64,000 nucleotides of DNA from Lama guanicoe (taxonomy: Eukaryota), in assembly GCA_013239625.1 (NCBI GenBank), contig MU054187.1, forward strand, positions 17,662,711 to 17,726,710, given 5' to 3'. Shown here piece by piece: positions 1 to 13,607 of the stretch. How positions within the stretch are numbered: the stretch's first letter is position 1; every line of letters starts with the position of its first letter. A program made the translations under genes and the position numbers. The notes under the pieces were generated by a model that was not told where the DNA came from, ran no database searches, and saw nothing but the letters and a program-made list of their open reading frames with translations.

Positions 1-771
1 GACTTGGCTCCCAAGGAGACCCCAGTGAGCATTTGCTTCTTACTCTTCAAGTGCCATCGATCCTGTGCAATCAGAAGTAATAAGGAATTAAGTAGCATTC
101 ATACCATAATTAAATGTAGATTGAGCCAGATGATTTTCAAAAATCAGGTTTAATCAGACAAAGCGCAAGAATGTTTTTTGGGATTTGTCCCTGATGAGCA
201 TCGTTATCTGTCTTTGAGATGCAATAATAGAAGTCAGGGAGTAATTTATCAATTTGCGAACCAAGATGAATGATGTTTCCTCCTTTAGTCACTGACTTTC
301 TGCAGACAGCCAAGGCACTTCCACTTTCACAGCCAAGAAATCACCAGTAAATAGCAGTGTTGGTAGATGCTGGATTATTTACTGCCATGGGTTTGAGAAT
401 ATCAGTGAGCTGCATTTTGACTACTTGTCAAGCATTTTGACATCTTGGGACAGAAAGTGCTATTTAAATATAAAGAGCATTTTCTGTTGAATTGCTGTTA
501 GTCACCCCTATGAGGAAATGATCTATTAAGTAACAGATCAGAGTATGGGAGAACTGTCATGATATCAGATTGATTTCTGCTAAAGAGACCTTCAAGTAAC
601 TACGTGTTTCGATTTGTGGCTGTTTTCAATCATTCGTAAATGACCGCAGTAAAAACTCGATATAAAAAGCTATTTGAATTTACTTTCCAGAATACTTCCC
701 TGGGATTCTCTATCTCTCCTTCTTGCTCTCGTTCCCTCTCTCTCTCACTCCTTCTCTCTCAGACCAGGAGA

Positions 772-880
772 GCAATGGGTCTCAAGCTCTAGTGCGAATC
801 AGAAGGCTTGTCAAAACAAGGATTTCCAGGGCCTCAGCTGGGAATTTGCATTTTTAACAAGTTTCTAGGAGATACTTTGA
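772..880. mobile_element. MER5-like hAT-Charlie MITE remnant
   Basis: caatgggtctcaag...gaatcag...aatttgcatttttaacaag resembles MER5. Confidence 0.55.
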
Positions 881-1499
881 CTGCTCAAATAAAAGGAATG
901 GGAATTTAGGAAGTGGAAAGGAGAGCGATAAAAAGCTGAAGGCAACCTCAGGGAACTCAGCTCACAGAGCGGCCCAAGCTGTTTGGGAATGTAATCACTA
1001 CTGCCCCGGGGAGCTTATTCGAGGAAAATGGCTCTCCTCTTTGTAAGCGATTGGCCTAGGGCAGCGTGTGGAACTCCTAACCTTCCCACTCTTAAGCCCA
1101 GGTTTGCAGTTAATGAACCATTTAACTCCCTTTGCTCGTCTTTCTCAGACTTAAAATAGTAATCGTAATTTCTCTCCCCTACTTTTAAAAAACAAGACAA
1201 AACAAAAAATATACAAATCTTTATGGTCTTTCCCTATATGTAAAGTTCTTTGGATTTATCCATCCACCACCACAATGTAGCCAAGATGAGCTACAAAAAT
1301 TTAGCAAAATTTTTCTTTCCATAAATATTTAAGGCTTTTAAGCTGAACTATTTAGCAGTAAATACCAAATACCTGTTCTCTACTATCTGGGGCTATATAT
1401 TTTCTTGACTCTGCCTAACAGGTGAGGAGCCACCAGGGAACAAGTGCTCAAAGAGACTCTAAAAAACCCTATCTAATCTGCACCCCACTCCGCTCCACT

Positions 1500-1980
1500 A
1501 CCAGCTCTCCACTGTATGCCCTGCTCTTCTCAGTCCACACCAGGAACACCAGCATCCTTTCTGTGCTTTCAACACTTGGCATTTTCCCATCCCAAGGCCC
1601 CTGCATTTACAAATTCATCTTCTAGAAATGTTCTAGAAAAGTAACTCACACACGTATAAATAGAATATTATACTAGCGGGTATGATAGTAGATAGGATAA
1701 GACTACAAGCCTCTGGTCAAATGTCACCACATCAGTGAGGCCTTGATCATCCTATAAAAAATTACTTTTGTGCCTGCCTGTGCAGGTGCACACACTGAGC
1801 CATCCCACCCCTGATTTACTTTTCTCCATATATTTATTCCCATCTGCCAAATAGTGTATTTTTTGGTATTGATTTATTTTCTGTCTCTCCAGATAGAAAG
1901 CAAATTCCATGAGCATAAGGTATTGGTTACAACAATCATTGACACATAAGAGCCACTCAGTAAATATTTCAAGAATGAAA
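1500..1980 (+). mobile_element. L2 3' end remnant
   Basis: Ends gacacataagagccactcagtaaatatttcaagaatgaa, an L2-type tail. Confidence 0.55.
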
Positions 1981-2099
1981 AAAAAAAAGGAAGGTGCTAT
2001 ATCATTACCATAGATTATCCACTGTGAATTTTGGCATTGCTTTTGCATGACTTGCTCAAATGGATCTTATATGCCTCTCATACTACTGGCGGTTCCTTA

Positions 2100-2460
2100 G
2101 AACCACCATTGCTCTTTATGCCCTCCTTGCTTTTTAAATCTTGCTGCTGTCTCTGCCTAGAGTGTTTGTCTCTAAAAAGTTTTTGTTGTCTTTTAAATTC
2201 CTACATTTCATTCAAAACACAAATCGGGTGTTCTGCTCTTCAAAAATATTTAAAGATAAGCTTGTTCCTTCTCTCTGTCCCCTTTCCCAACCTGGCACCC
2301 TGTCCTGCCACTTATCCACTCCTTATACTATTCTTGTCTACTGGAAACTCATGCCAGCCTTACCGCAGACCACTTGAAAGCAGGGGCTCTTTCGGATACC
2401 AGAAGCACAATGCCCAAATGCCTGGCACATGACAACTACTTATGCACGTTGAATAAATGA
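2100..2460 (+). mobile_element. L2 3' end remnant
   Basis: tgcctggcacat...gttgaataaatga tail. Confidence 0.5.
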
Positions 2461-2890
2461 CCAACAATCCACCTTATTTTTCATTGTCCTAAAAAGCTAC
2501 TCTTCATTCCTCTAAACTGCTAAAAATTGCCCTGAGTGATATAAGCATAATGAGTGTGAGAATGGGCACTCAGGATGACTAGCTTGAAGATGAGCCAAGT
2601 CAAAGCTAACTGAAATAGCTCTCAAACAAGGAAGAGGAGAGAGGCACCCAGGCTCCTCTAGGAGGAGCAAGTAGCAGTGATGCCGGTGTCCACACTGCCA
2701 CGGAGAAAACCACTGCCATAGGAAGCTCCTAGTAAAAATGAAATGTGTAGTGTCTCCCGGGTATGTGATAGGAGAGCGTGATAAAACTCTTCAGCAGCCC
2801 TGTTTCTGCATCATTTCGTGTATGCTGAGGTAATACACAAATTTTACTGTGTAATTAGTCTAAGAACTATTCCCCTAGGGTAGAAGATGT

Positions 2891-3250
2891 TGTCTTATTC
2901 TAATCGCATTGCTCTAACAGAATACCACCAACTGGGTAGCTTATAACAACGCAGTTTATTGCTGACAGTCCTGGAGACTGGAAAGTCCAAGATGGAGGTG
3001 CCAGCATGGTTGCCTCCTGGTGAGGACCCTCTTTCCGGTTCATAAGCTGGCACCACCTCCCTGTGTCCTCACGTGGCAGAAGGGGCGGGGGATCTCCCTG
3101 GAGCCCCTTTCATAAGGCACCAGTCCCATTCATGACAGCTCCACCCTTATGGCTCCAGCTCTTCCCAAAGGCCCACCTACTAATACTACCACATTGGGCA
3201 TGAGGTTTTCAACACATGAATTCAACATATGAAACATTCAGACCATAGCA
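2891..3250 (-). mobile_element. MLT1A-type MaLR solo LTR
   Basis: TG...CA termini, end reads cattcagaccatagca, 5-bp TSD gatgt/gatgc. Confidence 0.9.
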
Positions 3251-3919
3251 GATGCTTAAGAGTCAAAGCTTGTTCTAACCCGTATAGCCTGGGAAACTGG
3301 TAGAATTTGGAGATTAATGAAGTATATGTGGCTTAGTCTTGCACATTTGAAGGTGATAAACACCCAGCCCTGTCAAACCACTGGGCACTGTGAATGAGTG
3401 TTTTGCCTTGGCAGAAAGGTGTTGCACCTGTTTCTCCTACACCTTTGAATGAATTATGTGTGATATCAAAAGAAGACTTTTAAATGCGAGCAATCTGAAG
3501 CAAAAATGATAGAAAAAAACTGCAGAGAAGCAAGGTGAGTGAGTATTGAAAGGCAGAAGTGATATACTGATAGACCTGAAAATCAACTGTGAGTAATTTA
3601 AGTTGATTAAATGTAGCATAGAAAATGTGCAGGAAAAGTTGATGAGATCAAATTAGCAGGCAAAAGAAATAATTTTCTCAATAGTAACATTTTTGCTGTA
3701 TCAAAATAGAATGCAGTCCGTAAGAGATTGAGAAAATGAGTAAAATAATTCCTTTGTCACATGACTAGATCTAAGGGGAAAATTAGAACTCGACCTTAAT
3801 GTAAGGAAGGAATCACTGTTAAGAAATAAAAGTTAAATAAAACAAGAAAAGGGAGTCTCAGAGGCATGAACCAGGAAATAATAACTTGCCTCATTTATTC
3901 ATAAATGATGGGGCTCAAG

Positions 3920-4350
3920 TGTCAAACAATAATCAGTATCGAGGCTGCAGAGAATAAAGAGGTCTGAAGAATTGCAATTCAGGAGACATAGATTCAGGGT
4001 GAAACTTCCATGGAAGAGAAAGAGTCAGGGGCTTGTGAAGATAAAAGGCACAAGGCTGTTAAAGTTGTCTGGCAGAAGTTACAGTGGACTCTGACGCAGC
4101 AAAGGAAGTATTTGTCCTTAAGGGATACTCTGTTTCATTTTAGGCTGAGGGTCTGATAAGTATCTTGAGCTTCTGAGACTTGGGCAGATGTTCTGGATGC
4201 CTGCATTAAGACAACAACAGGTGGTCAAAGTTCAGATTCCATCCCAGCTGAGATGTGCATAAGTCACACTTCCTCAGTGGCCTCTCCAGAGGCTCCATTT
4301 CAGAGAGTTCTCCCTAGCAATTCTGACTCCATTTTGATTTTCCTTTTACA
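3920..4350 (-). mobile_element. ERV1-like solo LTR
   Basis: Minus strand begins tgtaaaaggaaaatcaaaatggagtcag. Family not resolved and left edge approximate. Confidence 0.55.
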
Positions 4351-4516
4351 TAACTTACCTTTACTTCTCAGATTTGTTGGAAACTGACAAGCATATTCTC
4401 ACATAGTTCTTGTTGTCTCTCACTTGCATTAAAATGCACAATATCCAACATCAAGAATTGATTATTGAGTTTTGTTACATTTTTCTCAAACTCAGGGGTT
4501 TTTTTTTATTTTAAAG

Positions 4517-4670
4517 CAGCAGTAAGCAAACTTTGGCCTATGGACCAAATCCACTCTTGGGCTCAGAACGGTTATTTTCAAAAGGTTGTAAGAAAAGAAA
4601 AAGAAAAAAGAAAGCAGAATATGTGACAGACTTATGTAGCCCTTAAACACAAAAATGTTGATCACCTGGA
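4517..4670. mobile_element. MER58-like hAT MITE remnant
   Basis: gcaaactttggcctatggaccaaatcc terminus; atgtgacagacttatgtagccc. Confidence 0.55.
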
Positions 4671-5619
4671 GGGCTTAAACTTAAAGGGATAAATTTAATA
4701 TTCACATTTATTATATATCTGTGCATGTACATGAATATAATAAATAAATAATGAATAACAATGAAATATCATATATACAATGAATGTGAAGATTTGTATA
4801 TACATAATCAAATATAATATGAGAACAATTTGGTCTTACACATTATAGGATTTCACACCCTAAAGAGTGGGTTTCTAAATAAGGGAAAGAGAAAAAGAAA
4901 ATACCAGTTCATAGTTCACTGAGGACAAGAAGAAAGAAGATTGAAGCAAGTTTGCTTCTTTTTGCAATTACAACATCACAGAAGAAAGTGAAGTAAAAAA
5001 TGTGAAACAGAAGCCTCACTGTGGAAGAGGCATGGGGAGAATGAATAAGGCAACGAAAGGGTGTGAATGACTTTGAGAGCTCTGGTGCTGGGAGCAAAGT
5101 GGGGAGTCATAACGTCTGTCCCTGCAGGTATCCTAGGTTGTCTTCACTCTGAGATTTCTCTGCTACTCCTGATGCTGCCCTGCCCCAAACATGTGTCAGA
5201 GGATGGGACTCTGTCTTCAAAGGTCTTGCTGACTTCTCAAGAGAAACATTGTACAAACAGACCTACAAACATACATAAGTATATATCCGCACCTCTTTTG
5301 GATGGTAGATTTTGGCTGCTTCTGTCTGTGTGTATAGAACACTTCAAACACGCTTCCCTACTCAAATGCAACAGGACCACCAGTTTTCAACTGTTTTCTC
5401 TGTCCTGTTAACCACGCCTCTTTTTCTGGCAGCTGAAGGAGAAGGGGGTCTCCTTTCAGTTGTTATCTTTCTTGAAACTGTTTATTTCAACCCAATTCAG
5501 CCCAACCTCAACATCTGTGCATTTCCTTTATGAATCCATCTATTATGCCCATCTACTTTCCAAACTCCTCCTTATTGGGCACTTAAATATATAACAATTC
5601 CTGTTTGTCAGTGGCAATT

Positions 5620-5768
5620 AATCCTCACAAGTATTATCCACATCACATAAGTAAAGATAAAGAGACTTGAGAAAGGGCAAGTACTTTCCCAAAAGTTGCA
5701 AAGTTAGCAGGTAGCAAGTCTAGGATTTAGGCACAAAGGGTTTGAGCCCAGAGGCCATGCTCTTAACC
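5620..5768 (-). mobile_element. MIR SINE
   Basis: cccaaaagttgcaaagttagcaggtagcaagtctaggattt...gctcttaacc. Confidence 0.65.
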
Positions 5769-7072
5769 TTGAAGTTAAACCCTCTCAGAAGAAGTTAAAC
5801 CCTATTCAAGGGAAATGGGGGGCCAATATTGGCTCCCTTATTACACCAGCCACCAGAGGGGAATGATTAATGGAAAAGTAGTCTCATTAAATTTTTCTAT
5901 TTCTTTAACCATTGAAGCAAGCAACAACACATCCTTATTAAATACAATCTCTCTTTCAAACTTTCTGATTATTTCAGAAACTCAGCGAATTTAGTTTATA
6001 TTTTCATAACGTTTTCTTTAATTTCAGAACTTTATGAGAAGGGATCTAATCATTTATTTTAAATTTTGTGATTTCTTATGCTAAAAAGTATATATACAGA
6101 TATCTGTATCTATAATATACTATATATAAAAGTATATATATTGTTAATGTGTACTTTTGTTAAAGCATTGCAAAACACCAACAAGTTGCACTTCATAAAT
6201 ATATCACCTTCCTCAACATTGACTTAATGTGCACTACAATTTATATTTTTTTTCTGATGAGTCCAGAATTATCAAATGATAATGCATGGCAAAGCCATGT
6301 TTTAACACTGGCTTTCACTAACTCTAATTTCCATGTTCCTGATGACTAAACTAAGCTTTCTTTATCCTTAATATTTTCTGAACTTTTCAGTTCAATTGAA
6401 ACCTGGATTGTTTCAAATGATTCCCCTACCATCTCCAACAGACATTTAGTTTTCTCTTTCTCTAGTGTAAGAAGAGCCAGTCTACTTGTTACATTTGTGG
6501 CATGTTCTGATTATTATTCTATCATCTCTGTATTCCCCTAATTCTAACTTAATGTTAGGAAGTAATGTTGGCCTTCTCTCTATTCAAGCCACTCCTGTAT
6601 CCTCCAGAGCCAGTGCCCACTTATACCTTCCTGAATGAGGTCAACTACAATTTCCCAGCTTCTTACCATCTTTATAATTTTATTACCTATCTTTGTCTAT
6701 GCCATGACCTCATCTCTCATTCACATCTCAAAATTCAAGCTATTAGAACTCCATTGCAACAATAATAAAAAAAAGTATTACGAGCATTAGTAATATAAAA
6801 GTCCAATATTATCTGTTCTGTAAATTAGTAAACTAAAATTTGTAGTTTCACCATAGTAGTCTGCTTCTTTCCAAAACTTATTATGTTTCTATTACATGCC
6901 AAGCACTGATTGACTCTTTGATTTCATTTTTTTTCCCCAATTAGTGACAATTTTTGAAAAATTTATTTTCCAAACACAGAATGACAACTTGGTGAAAAAA
7001 ATACTGTGATATGTATCTATCAAATACCAAGATTTGCCCATCCTCACTTTTGTATTCCCAATCATCCCATTA

Positions 7073-7568
7073 TGTTACCAAACCAAACTTGGGTCCATTC
7101 GCCCATGCACAGTAAAGCCAATCTACTGATACCTGGCTGTGGTGAAGGACAGTGCATCATTTACTGTCGGGTGCCGTACAAGGAGTCCGGGACACCTAGC
7201 GCTCAAAAAGCCTGAACTCTTCAATGGGTTTCAGCAAAGCATTCTTAAAGGCGAGGTAAGAGAGGGGTGTCCCAGCGTATGTGATCAGCTCGTGCACAGT
7301 TCTCTGATGAGCTGATGGTGAGGTAACAGGGCAGTGTCACAGGGGTTAACATTATCAATCCTTAGGCGCCAGTAGGCCTGTGGGCTATGTGCTCATGGTC
7401 ATCAAGTAGTTAATTTCTTCCATTTGGTGGTAATTTTAGCATCTGTAAAACAACTCAGGAAATGTGCCTCAGATACGCTTATCTAGGTATGTCTGAGAGG
7501 AGCTAAAGCAGAGGATATAGGGGAGGGGTTGGTCCCAGCAAGGCCCCACAGGGTTCTGTTCAGTTACA
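7073..7568 (-). mobile_element. ERV1 solo LTR (LTR8-like)
   Basis: tgttacc...gttaca termini, about 500 bp, GC- and CpG-richer than the flanks. Flanks atta/atcg could be a decayed 4-bp TSD. Confidence 0.8.
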
Positions 7569-8669
7569 ATCGTAGTTTAGATTCTGTCATTTTCATCTAA
7601 GCCCTAGTCTCTTGTCTTACTCACCTCCCATCAGTCCTCCATCTGTTAATGTGAAATAAGAGTTCATACATATAGAACATCATCTGAATGATCTTCATAA
7701 CTATGGCTGTTTGCTTTCTTAAGAACACTTCAAAGATGCAGAGTGTTGGAGGGGAAAGCTGTCACCACCTGCTGACTTGTGCCCAAGGTGTCAGAGGCTG
7801 GAGCTTCTGCCTTCAGAAATGGAGAGGCCCAGCATAGAAGTGAAATGAGGAAGGCCACAGAAGAACTTATGAGCCTTTTCACGATTTCTCAGAAAATATA
7901 CATACACATATACATGTGCACAAGATGTACAGTGTGATTTCAAAGAGATTCTCAGAAACCCTGTATATCTTGAGCACAAGGGTTAAGAACTCTGTTTCCA
8001 GACATTCTAAAATTTACTCTTGAATAATGCAACCCACAGAGCTGTGTACTTGGACCAAATTACTTTTATCCTGTATAGTATTATTTCTGCCAAGTTGCCT
8101 AATCCCCTTGTGGCTTGCATAACAGACAACTGCAAGAATTTTTCTATTGGTAGAGGTCCTCTTCTAGCTCATTCTTCATGCAAAGACTACACAAGTGCAC
8201 ATAATGTCTTACTAATTTATTTCATAGGTTTAACAGATACTTGGAGTTGAATGTAGAGTTCCATGGACTACAGACTAACAATGCTCTATAAAGAATAAAC
8301 TGGTTCTTTGTAAACTGGACTGTTTATGTATTTCTCACACTCTCTCCTTCCCAGTTATTCTCTCTTATCATTTCCTAAATTCTTTTGATGTCTGTTCTAT
8401 ATCATTTGTACTAAAGTGAACCAACCAAGATGTTTTTGTTTTTTCCATATCTGGACAAAAATGTTAGATTGGAGGCCTAGAAGCTGGCATGGTGGTAGCA
8501 GTAATAATCAAAATGAGAGAACCCCTAAATGGATCTGATTTCCCTGCTTCAATTACCTGGGAGATTGTTTTCCAGTGCTAAAAGCAGGATATTCTGAATT
8601 TTGCTTTAGTGAAAGGAGTTAATGTTTCCTTAAATTACAATTTTATTTCTTCAAAAATCTCTGTGTAAT

Positions 8670-9360
8670 TTCATTGACCATTGAGTAAACCCAAAATAAA
8701 CTCCTGAGCCTGGCACTCCAGGTACTTCAGCTGTTCCAGCCCATCACTGCAGCTCCATCACCTCCCTGTCTACACACAGGCCTGTGCTGCCATCAAACTG
8801 CACAAACCTCGCTTCCCTCAAATGCTGGGGAGTCTTCTAATCTCTGCGTCCCTTTTTATTCTTTTGATTATGCCAGGAATTTGATTTTCTCAGATGCAGT
8901 GCATATTAAGTCTAATTTACATGTAATATGCCATTACAATTAATGAACTAGACAAAAAATTATTAAGCGACACCTAATGACGACCATGTTGTTATAAAAC
9001 CAACATATATATACACACACAGTCATACATATTCATGTCTTTTAAAACTAACTTCACCCTCTACGTTCTCTAATACTTAAAATGTGCTTTGCTTTATATT
9101 TCTAGGCCATTGCATGTGATGCTCTCTTTGCCTGGAATTCTCTCCTTCCTCTGTACTTTACCTACTTGCCACCACTTCCTCATGTAATGACCCTGTCTGG
9201 AGAAGGCTTGTTTCCACCCTCCTTATGGGTTTCCCCTAGCACCCTATTCTAAGTTCTGTTGATTCACACTGCATTGTAACTCCCTGTTTATTGTCTTATT
9301 ATTGTGTCCCCAGTGGCTGTATAGCACCTAGCATATAGAAAGCACTTGAATGAATGAAAG
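8670..9360 (+). mobile_element. L2 3' remnants
   Basis: ctctttgcctggaattctctcc; cacctagcatatagaaagcacttgaatgaatgaa. Confidence 0.55.
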
Positions 9361-12321
9361 TTGATGACATTGAAATATATGTGTAACTGGTTTTGAGGAC
9401 TTAAATGATATTTATTATTGAAAGTCATAAAAATACTTACAGTCTAACTCAGTAATCCAGGAGTCAAAAATTCAAATGCTTTCAGGGTCTCAGGCAAGTA
9501 GTCTAAATGTGCAGTGTTGGCCTGAGGGAAAGCAATGGGAAATATAGGTACTTACATATTAACCTAAACACATTCAGATTTACACTTTTATAAATACTAT
9601 CATACAAGCCAAACTAACCATAGCCCCTTGACTCATTCTAAAGAAACAAATTCACTGAAGGGAAAAAATATTCATAGCGATATTACTTGTGAATCTACCT
9701 GTAATAAGGAAAAAAGAACACAAATTAAATAGCTAGTAATACAGACCTGATTAAATTAAATATTGATTATATTCAGTAATTGTCATATGTTCTTTAATAT
9801 TAAAATAATTCCCAAACTGTAATATTATGGAATATGCTTTCATTATTGGAAATAGTGAAGGAATAAAGCAAAACTGTATGTTTGCTGTAATTGCAACCAT
9901 GTAAAAATGTTCATACTTGTTAAAAAAAAGGATTATGCAAAATGAAGATAGTTATGTTAGAGTGCTCAAAATAGAAATGATTTTTTAAAGTTCAGCATTT
10001 AATAATGTCATCATTTTTCCAATCCCAGTCTCTGGAGGAAACTTTGGCAATATCTTTTGGAGTCTTAGGAGATGACACCTAGCAAATGGAACCAGGTTAC
10101 TTTGGGTAAGAGCTGAAGAATATGAATTGTGGGCCGAGCTAGAAATAACATTGTCATAGCAACCTCCAAAGATTTCATAGAAAAGGCATGGATTGGATTT
10201 CTTTTTCCTTTTAAGGAGATGACTAACAAGATCCATTTGAAATAGTTCTGATACAGTGAGGGATTAGATACGATAAGTTTGATAAAGAGTTTTGTTGAGA
10301 AATTGGGGTAAACTGGCATAAACTTAAGATCAGAGGTGAGTCTCCCTAGTGTGGGCTTAGCACATTTTGTGCATTGATTAGCTTTTGGTGATGTAACACT
10401 TATGTGATTCCAATCTGCCCTTCCTGCAGATAATAATTATTTAGTTAATAATAAGATATGAAAAATAATATAACAATTCTATAATGATAATAATCATTAT
10501 TAGAAATAAAAGAGTTCAATTCTCCTTGTGAAGAGACATTTAATATATTTTTCTGATTCTTTAAAAAGGCTCAATTATCTGTTCTTAGTGTTCTCCTGTG
10601 ATACTATATATAACCCCCTGGAAACTGAGGGCTGCGGAAACACTGATCACATCAGTGGAAATCATTGTAATGTCTTCCTTGAAGAAGGCATATTCCATCA
10701 GTCTCATTGCTCATTTGTTACACTGAATTGCCATCCTAAGCGACAGATCTTCTCAGTGTCTAGACTTCTTGCCAGGATTTATGTATTAACCCCATTCTGT
10801 TTGAGTTTAGATCAAGAATGCCCCTTAGATTATTTCATGAACCCAGGTTTCCTGTAGTTTGCAAATGCTGACTCAGCCCACTGGCCATGCGGAAGTTCTC
10901 TTTATACAAGGAAGGTTTTCCTCAATAGCAAATGACATCCCTGGCTTTGTTCAATATAGCAACTAATGCCCTAAATTGCTAATTTTATGATAATGCTAAA
11001 ACCTTGAGTGGTTTCTTGACCTCATTTGGAAAATCTGCCTCTGCCAGTAGTAACCACTTTGGTATCTTGCCCAAATAAACAGCCTAGATATGGGGCCATA
11101 TGGTTAAGGAGGAAGAGATTGTCAGTAATTACACTTAAGGGGAAAATTCTAATTAGCATTTTTTTTCCATTTGAGGTAAACTTAGGTAAATCTGGGTTTA
11201 TCATAAATAACAATATAGCCAAAGCATCATATTTCTCCTACCACATACAACTTTTGACTCTAGCTTCCTGTGTAACATTAAAAAAAACACAGTCAAACAC
11301 TTATTATCTCAAAATAAGGGGCTGTGTGGCAGCATCAGGAAGCATTGTGAGTTGAGCCAGAATTAGCAAGGAGTAGGGCTGAATTTGAAATCCCTGCAGT
11401 TCAGGCCTCATCATTGAAACTGGCACCAGACCGCCCTTACAAGCAATATCTCTTCACTCTGTTCTCAAACCAATCAAATATATACCATAAATATCATGGT
11501 TCTGCCCACCATGTTTTATGAGTATATTTTCTGAAGCCACTGGTGAAATGAACTTTTTTAACAGTCTACTGAGGACAGGGGTTATGTTCTAAATCAAAAG
11601 GAATTTTGACTTCTATTTCTATTTTTTAGCATTTGACCACAAAATTAAACCTCAGATACTTAAAAAAGAATTCAGTCTTCTGTCTGAATGGGATCTGTCC
11701 ATTTTGATAGTATATGAATGGGAAGTGTCATTCAACACTTACTGAGCTGCTGCTTCATATAGAAGACTCTACTAATGGGTTAAAAAATGTCTGAGATTAC
11801 TGTCTCATTAGTCATGCAACTAATGATCACTCATATTAAAGTTCTGAATCAGAAAAAAAAAAAGGGTGGAACAAATATTTGTTAAATTTTGCACACAAAA
11901 AGCCCTAGGGAGTACAGAAGGGAAGACATTTTCCATTGAAAAATAATGACTTTTCTGTAATAAATTAATGTATATCTTAATTATCTATGTTTCCATGAGG
12001 AAAAAAATTAATTTAACAGAATCATTCTGTAAAACCCCTATGGCTTGGAGTCATATGAAAATTTGTTGCTAATTTGAGGTTTTCTAAATTTAGTCATAAT
12101 TTGAGTAATTAATAACCTTGAAATTTAGGAAAGTGACTCACATGACTAGCCAGCATCTTGTTTGCTCTATTTTGATTTACAACTCTGCCCTAATCACTCT
12201 TAAAAATCAGCCAGACAGTAAAAGATTCTCTACCTTCAAATCTCTTGATGAAATTTTCCAGATTAATCTGAATGGATTTAAAATGTGATGAAAGAATGGG
12301 GGTCATCTAAATTTAGTTTCT

Positions 12322-13607
12322 CTGGACAGCCACATGCAAAAGAATGAAAGTACACCATGCTTATACCATACATAGATATTAACTCAAAATGAATTAAGGA
12401 CTCAAATGTAAGACCTGAAAACATAAAACTCTTAGAAGAAAACATAGGCAGTATTTGCTTTGACAGTTTTAGCACTGTCTTTCTGGATATGTCTCCTCAG
12501 GCAAGGGGACAAAAGCGAAACTAAACAAATAGGACTGTTATCAAACTAAAAAGTTTCTGTACAGCAAAGGAAACCATCGACAAAATGAAAAACTACCAAA
12601 TATGAGAAGATATTTGCAAATCGCATATCTAATAAAGGATTAATATCCAAAATATATAAATAATTCGTACAACTCAACAACTGAAAAGCAAACAATTCAA
12701 TTGAAAAATAAGCAGAAAAGCTGAATAGATACTTTTCCAAAGAAGGCATACAGGTGCCACAAGCACACGAAAAGATGTTCAGCATCACTAATTATCAGGG
12801 AAATGTAAATCAAGACCACAGCAAGATATCACTTCACACTCATTAGAATGGCTATTATCAAAAAGACAAGAAATAACAAGTACTGGGAGTGGAAGTGGAG
12901 AAAAGGGAATCCTTGTGCACTTTTGGTGGGAATGTAAATCAATGCCCTGATTATGTAAAATGCTATGGAGATTCCTCAAAAAATTAATAATAAAACTATC
13001 ATATGATCCAGCTATTCTGTGTAGGAATATTTATCTAAAGAGTATGGAAACAGTAATCTGAAAAGATATATGCACCCCTGTGTTCATCACAGCATTATTT
13101 ACAATAGACCAGATATGGAAACAGCCTAAGTGCCCATAGATGGATGAATGGATAAAGAAGATGTGGTATATGTGTGTATATATGTATATATACACACACA
13201 ATGGAATATTACTCAGATGTAAAAAGATGAAATCTTGGCATTTGCGACAACACGGATGGATCTTCTGGGTTTTATGCTAAGTGAAATAAGTCAAATGGAA
13301 AAAGACCAATACCATATGATTTCACTTGTGTGGCATATAAAAGCAAAACAAAACAAAATGAATGAACAAACCAAACTGAAACAAACAAGGAGATACATAG
13401 AACAGAGTAGTGGTACATAGTGGATAGGGGTGGAGGGAGGGCAAAATGGGTAAAGGAGTCAACAATATGATGACAGATGAAAATTAAACTTTTGGTGGTA
13501 AGCACGCTGTAGTGTATATAGATGTCAAAATATAATACTGCACATACGAAACTGATGTGTTATAAACCAATCAAATATAAATAAATTTTTAAAAAATTTT
13601 AACTAAA
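12322..13607 (+). mobile_element. 5'-truncated LINE-1 (ORF2 C-terminal remnant + 3'UTR)
   Basis: Decayed ORF2 end (MAFATTRMDL...LSEISQ...KDQYHMISL), A-rich tail, candidate TSD taaatttagtttct (12308) / taaattcaatttct (13608). Confidence 0.95.

Noticed and set aside
1620..1638. Heat-shock element TTCTAGAA-atg-TTCTAGAA
   Set aside because: Spacing is one base off the nGAAn register, and it lies in L2-derived DNA.
6094..6109. 16-bp perfect palindrome ATACAGATATCTGTAT
   Set aside because: Embedded in TA low-complexity sequence where palindromes arise easily.
3531..10341. Strong isolated donors AAG|GTGAGT (3534) and GAG|GTGAGT (10335)
   Set aside because: No convincing paired acceptor or promoter; expected by chance.
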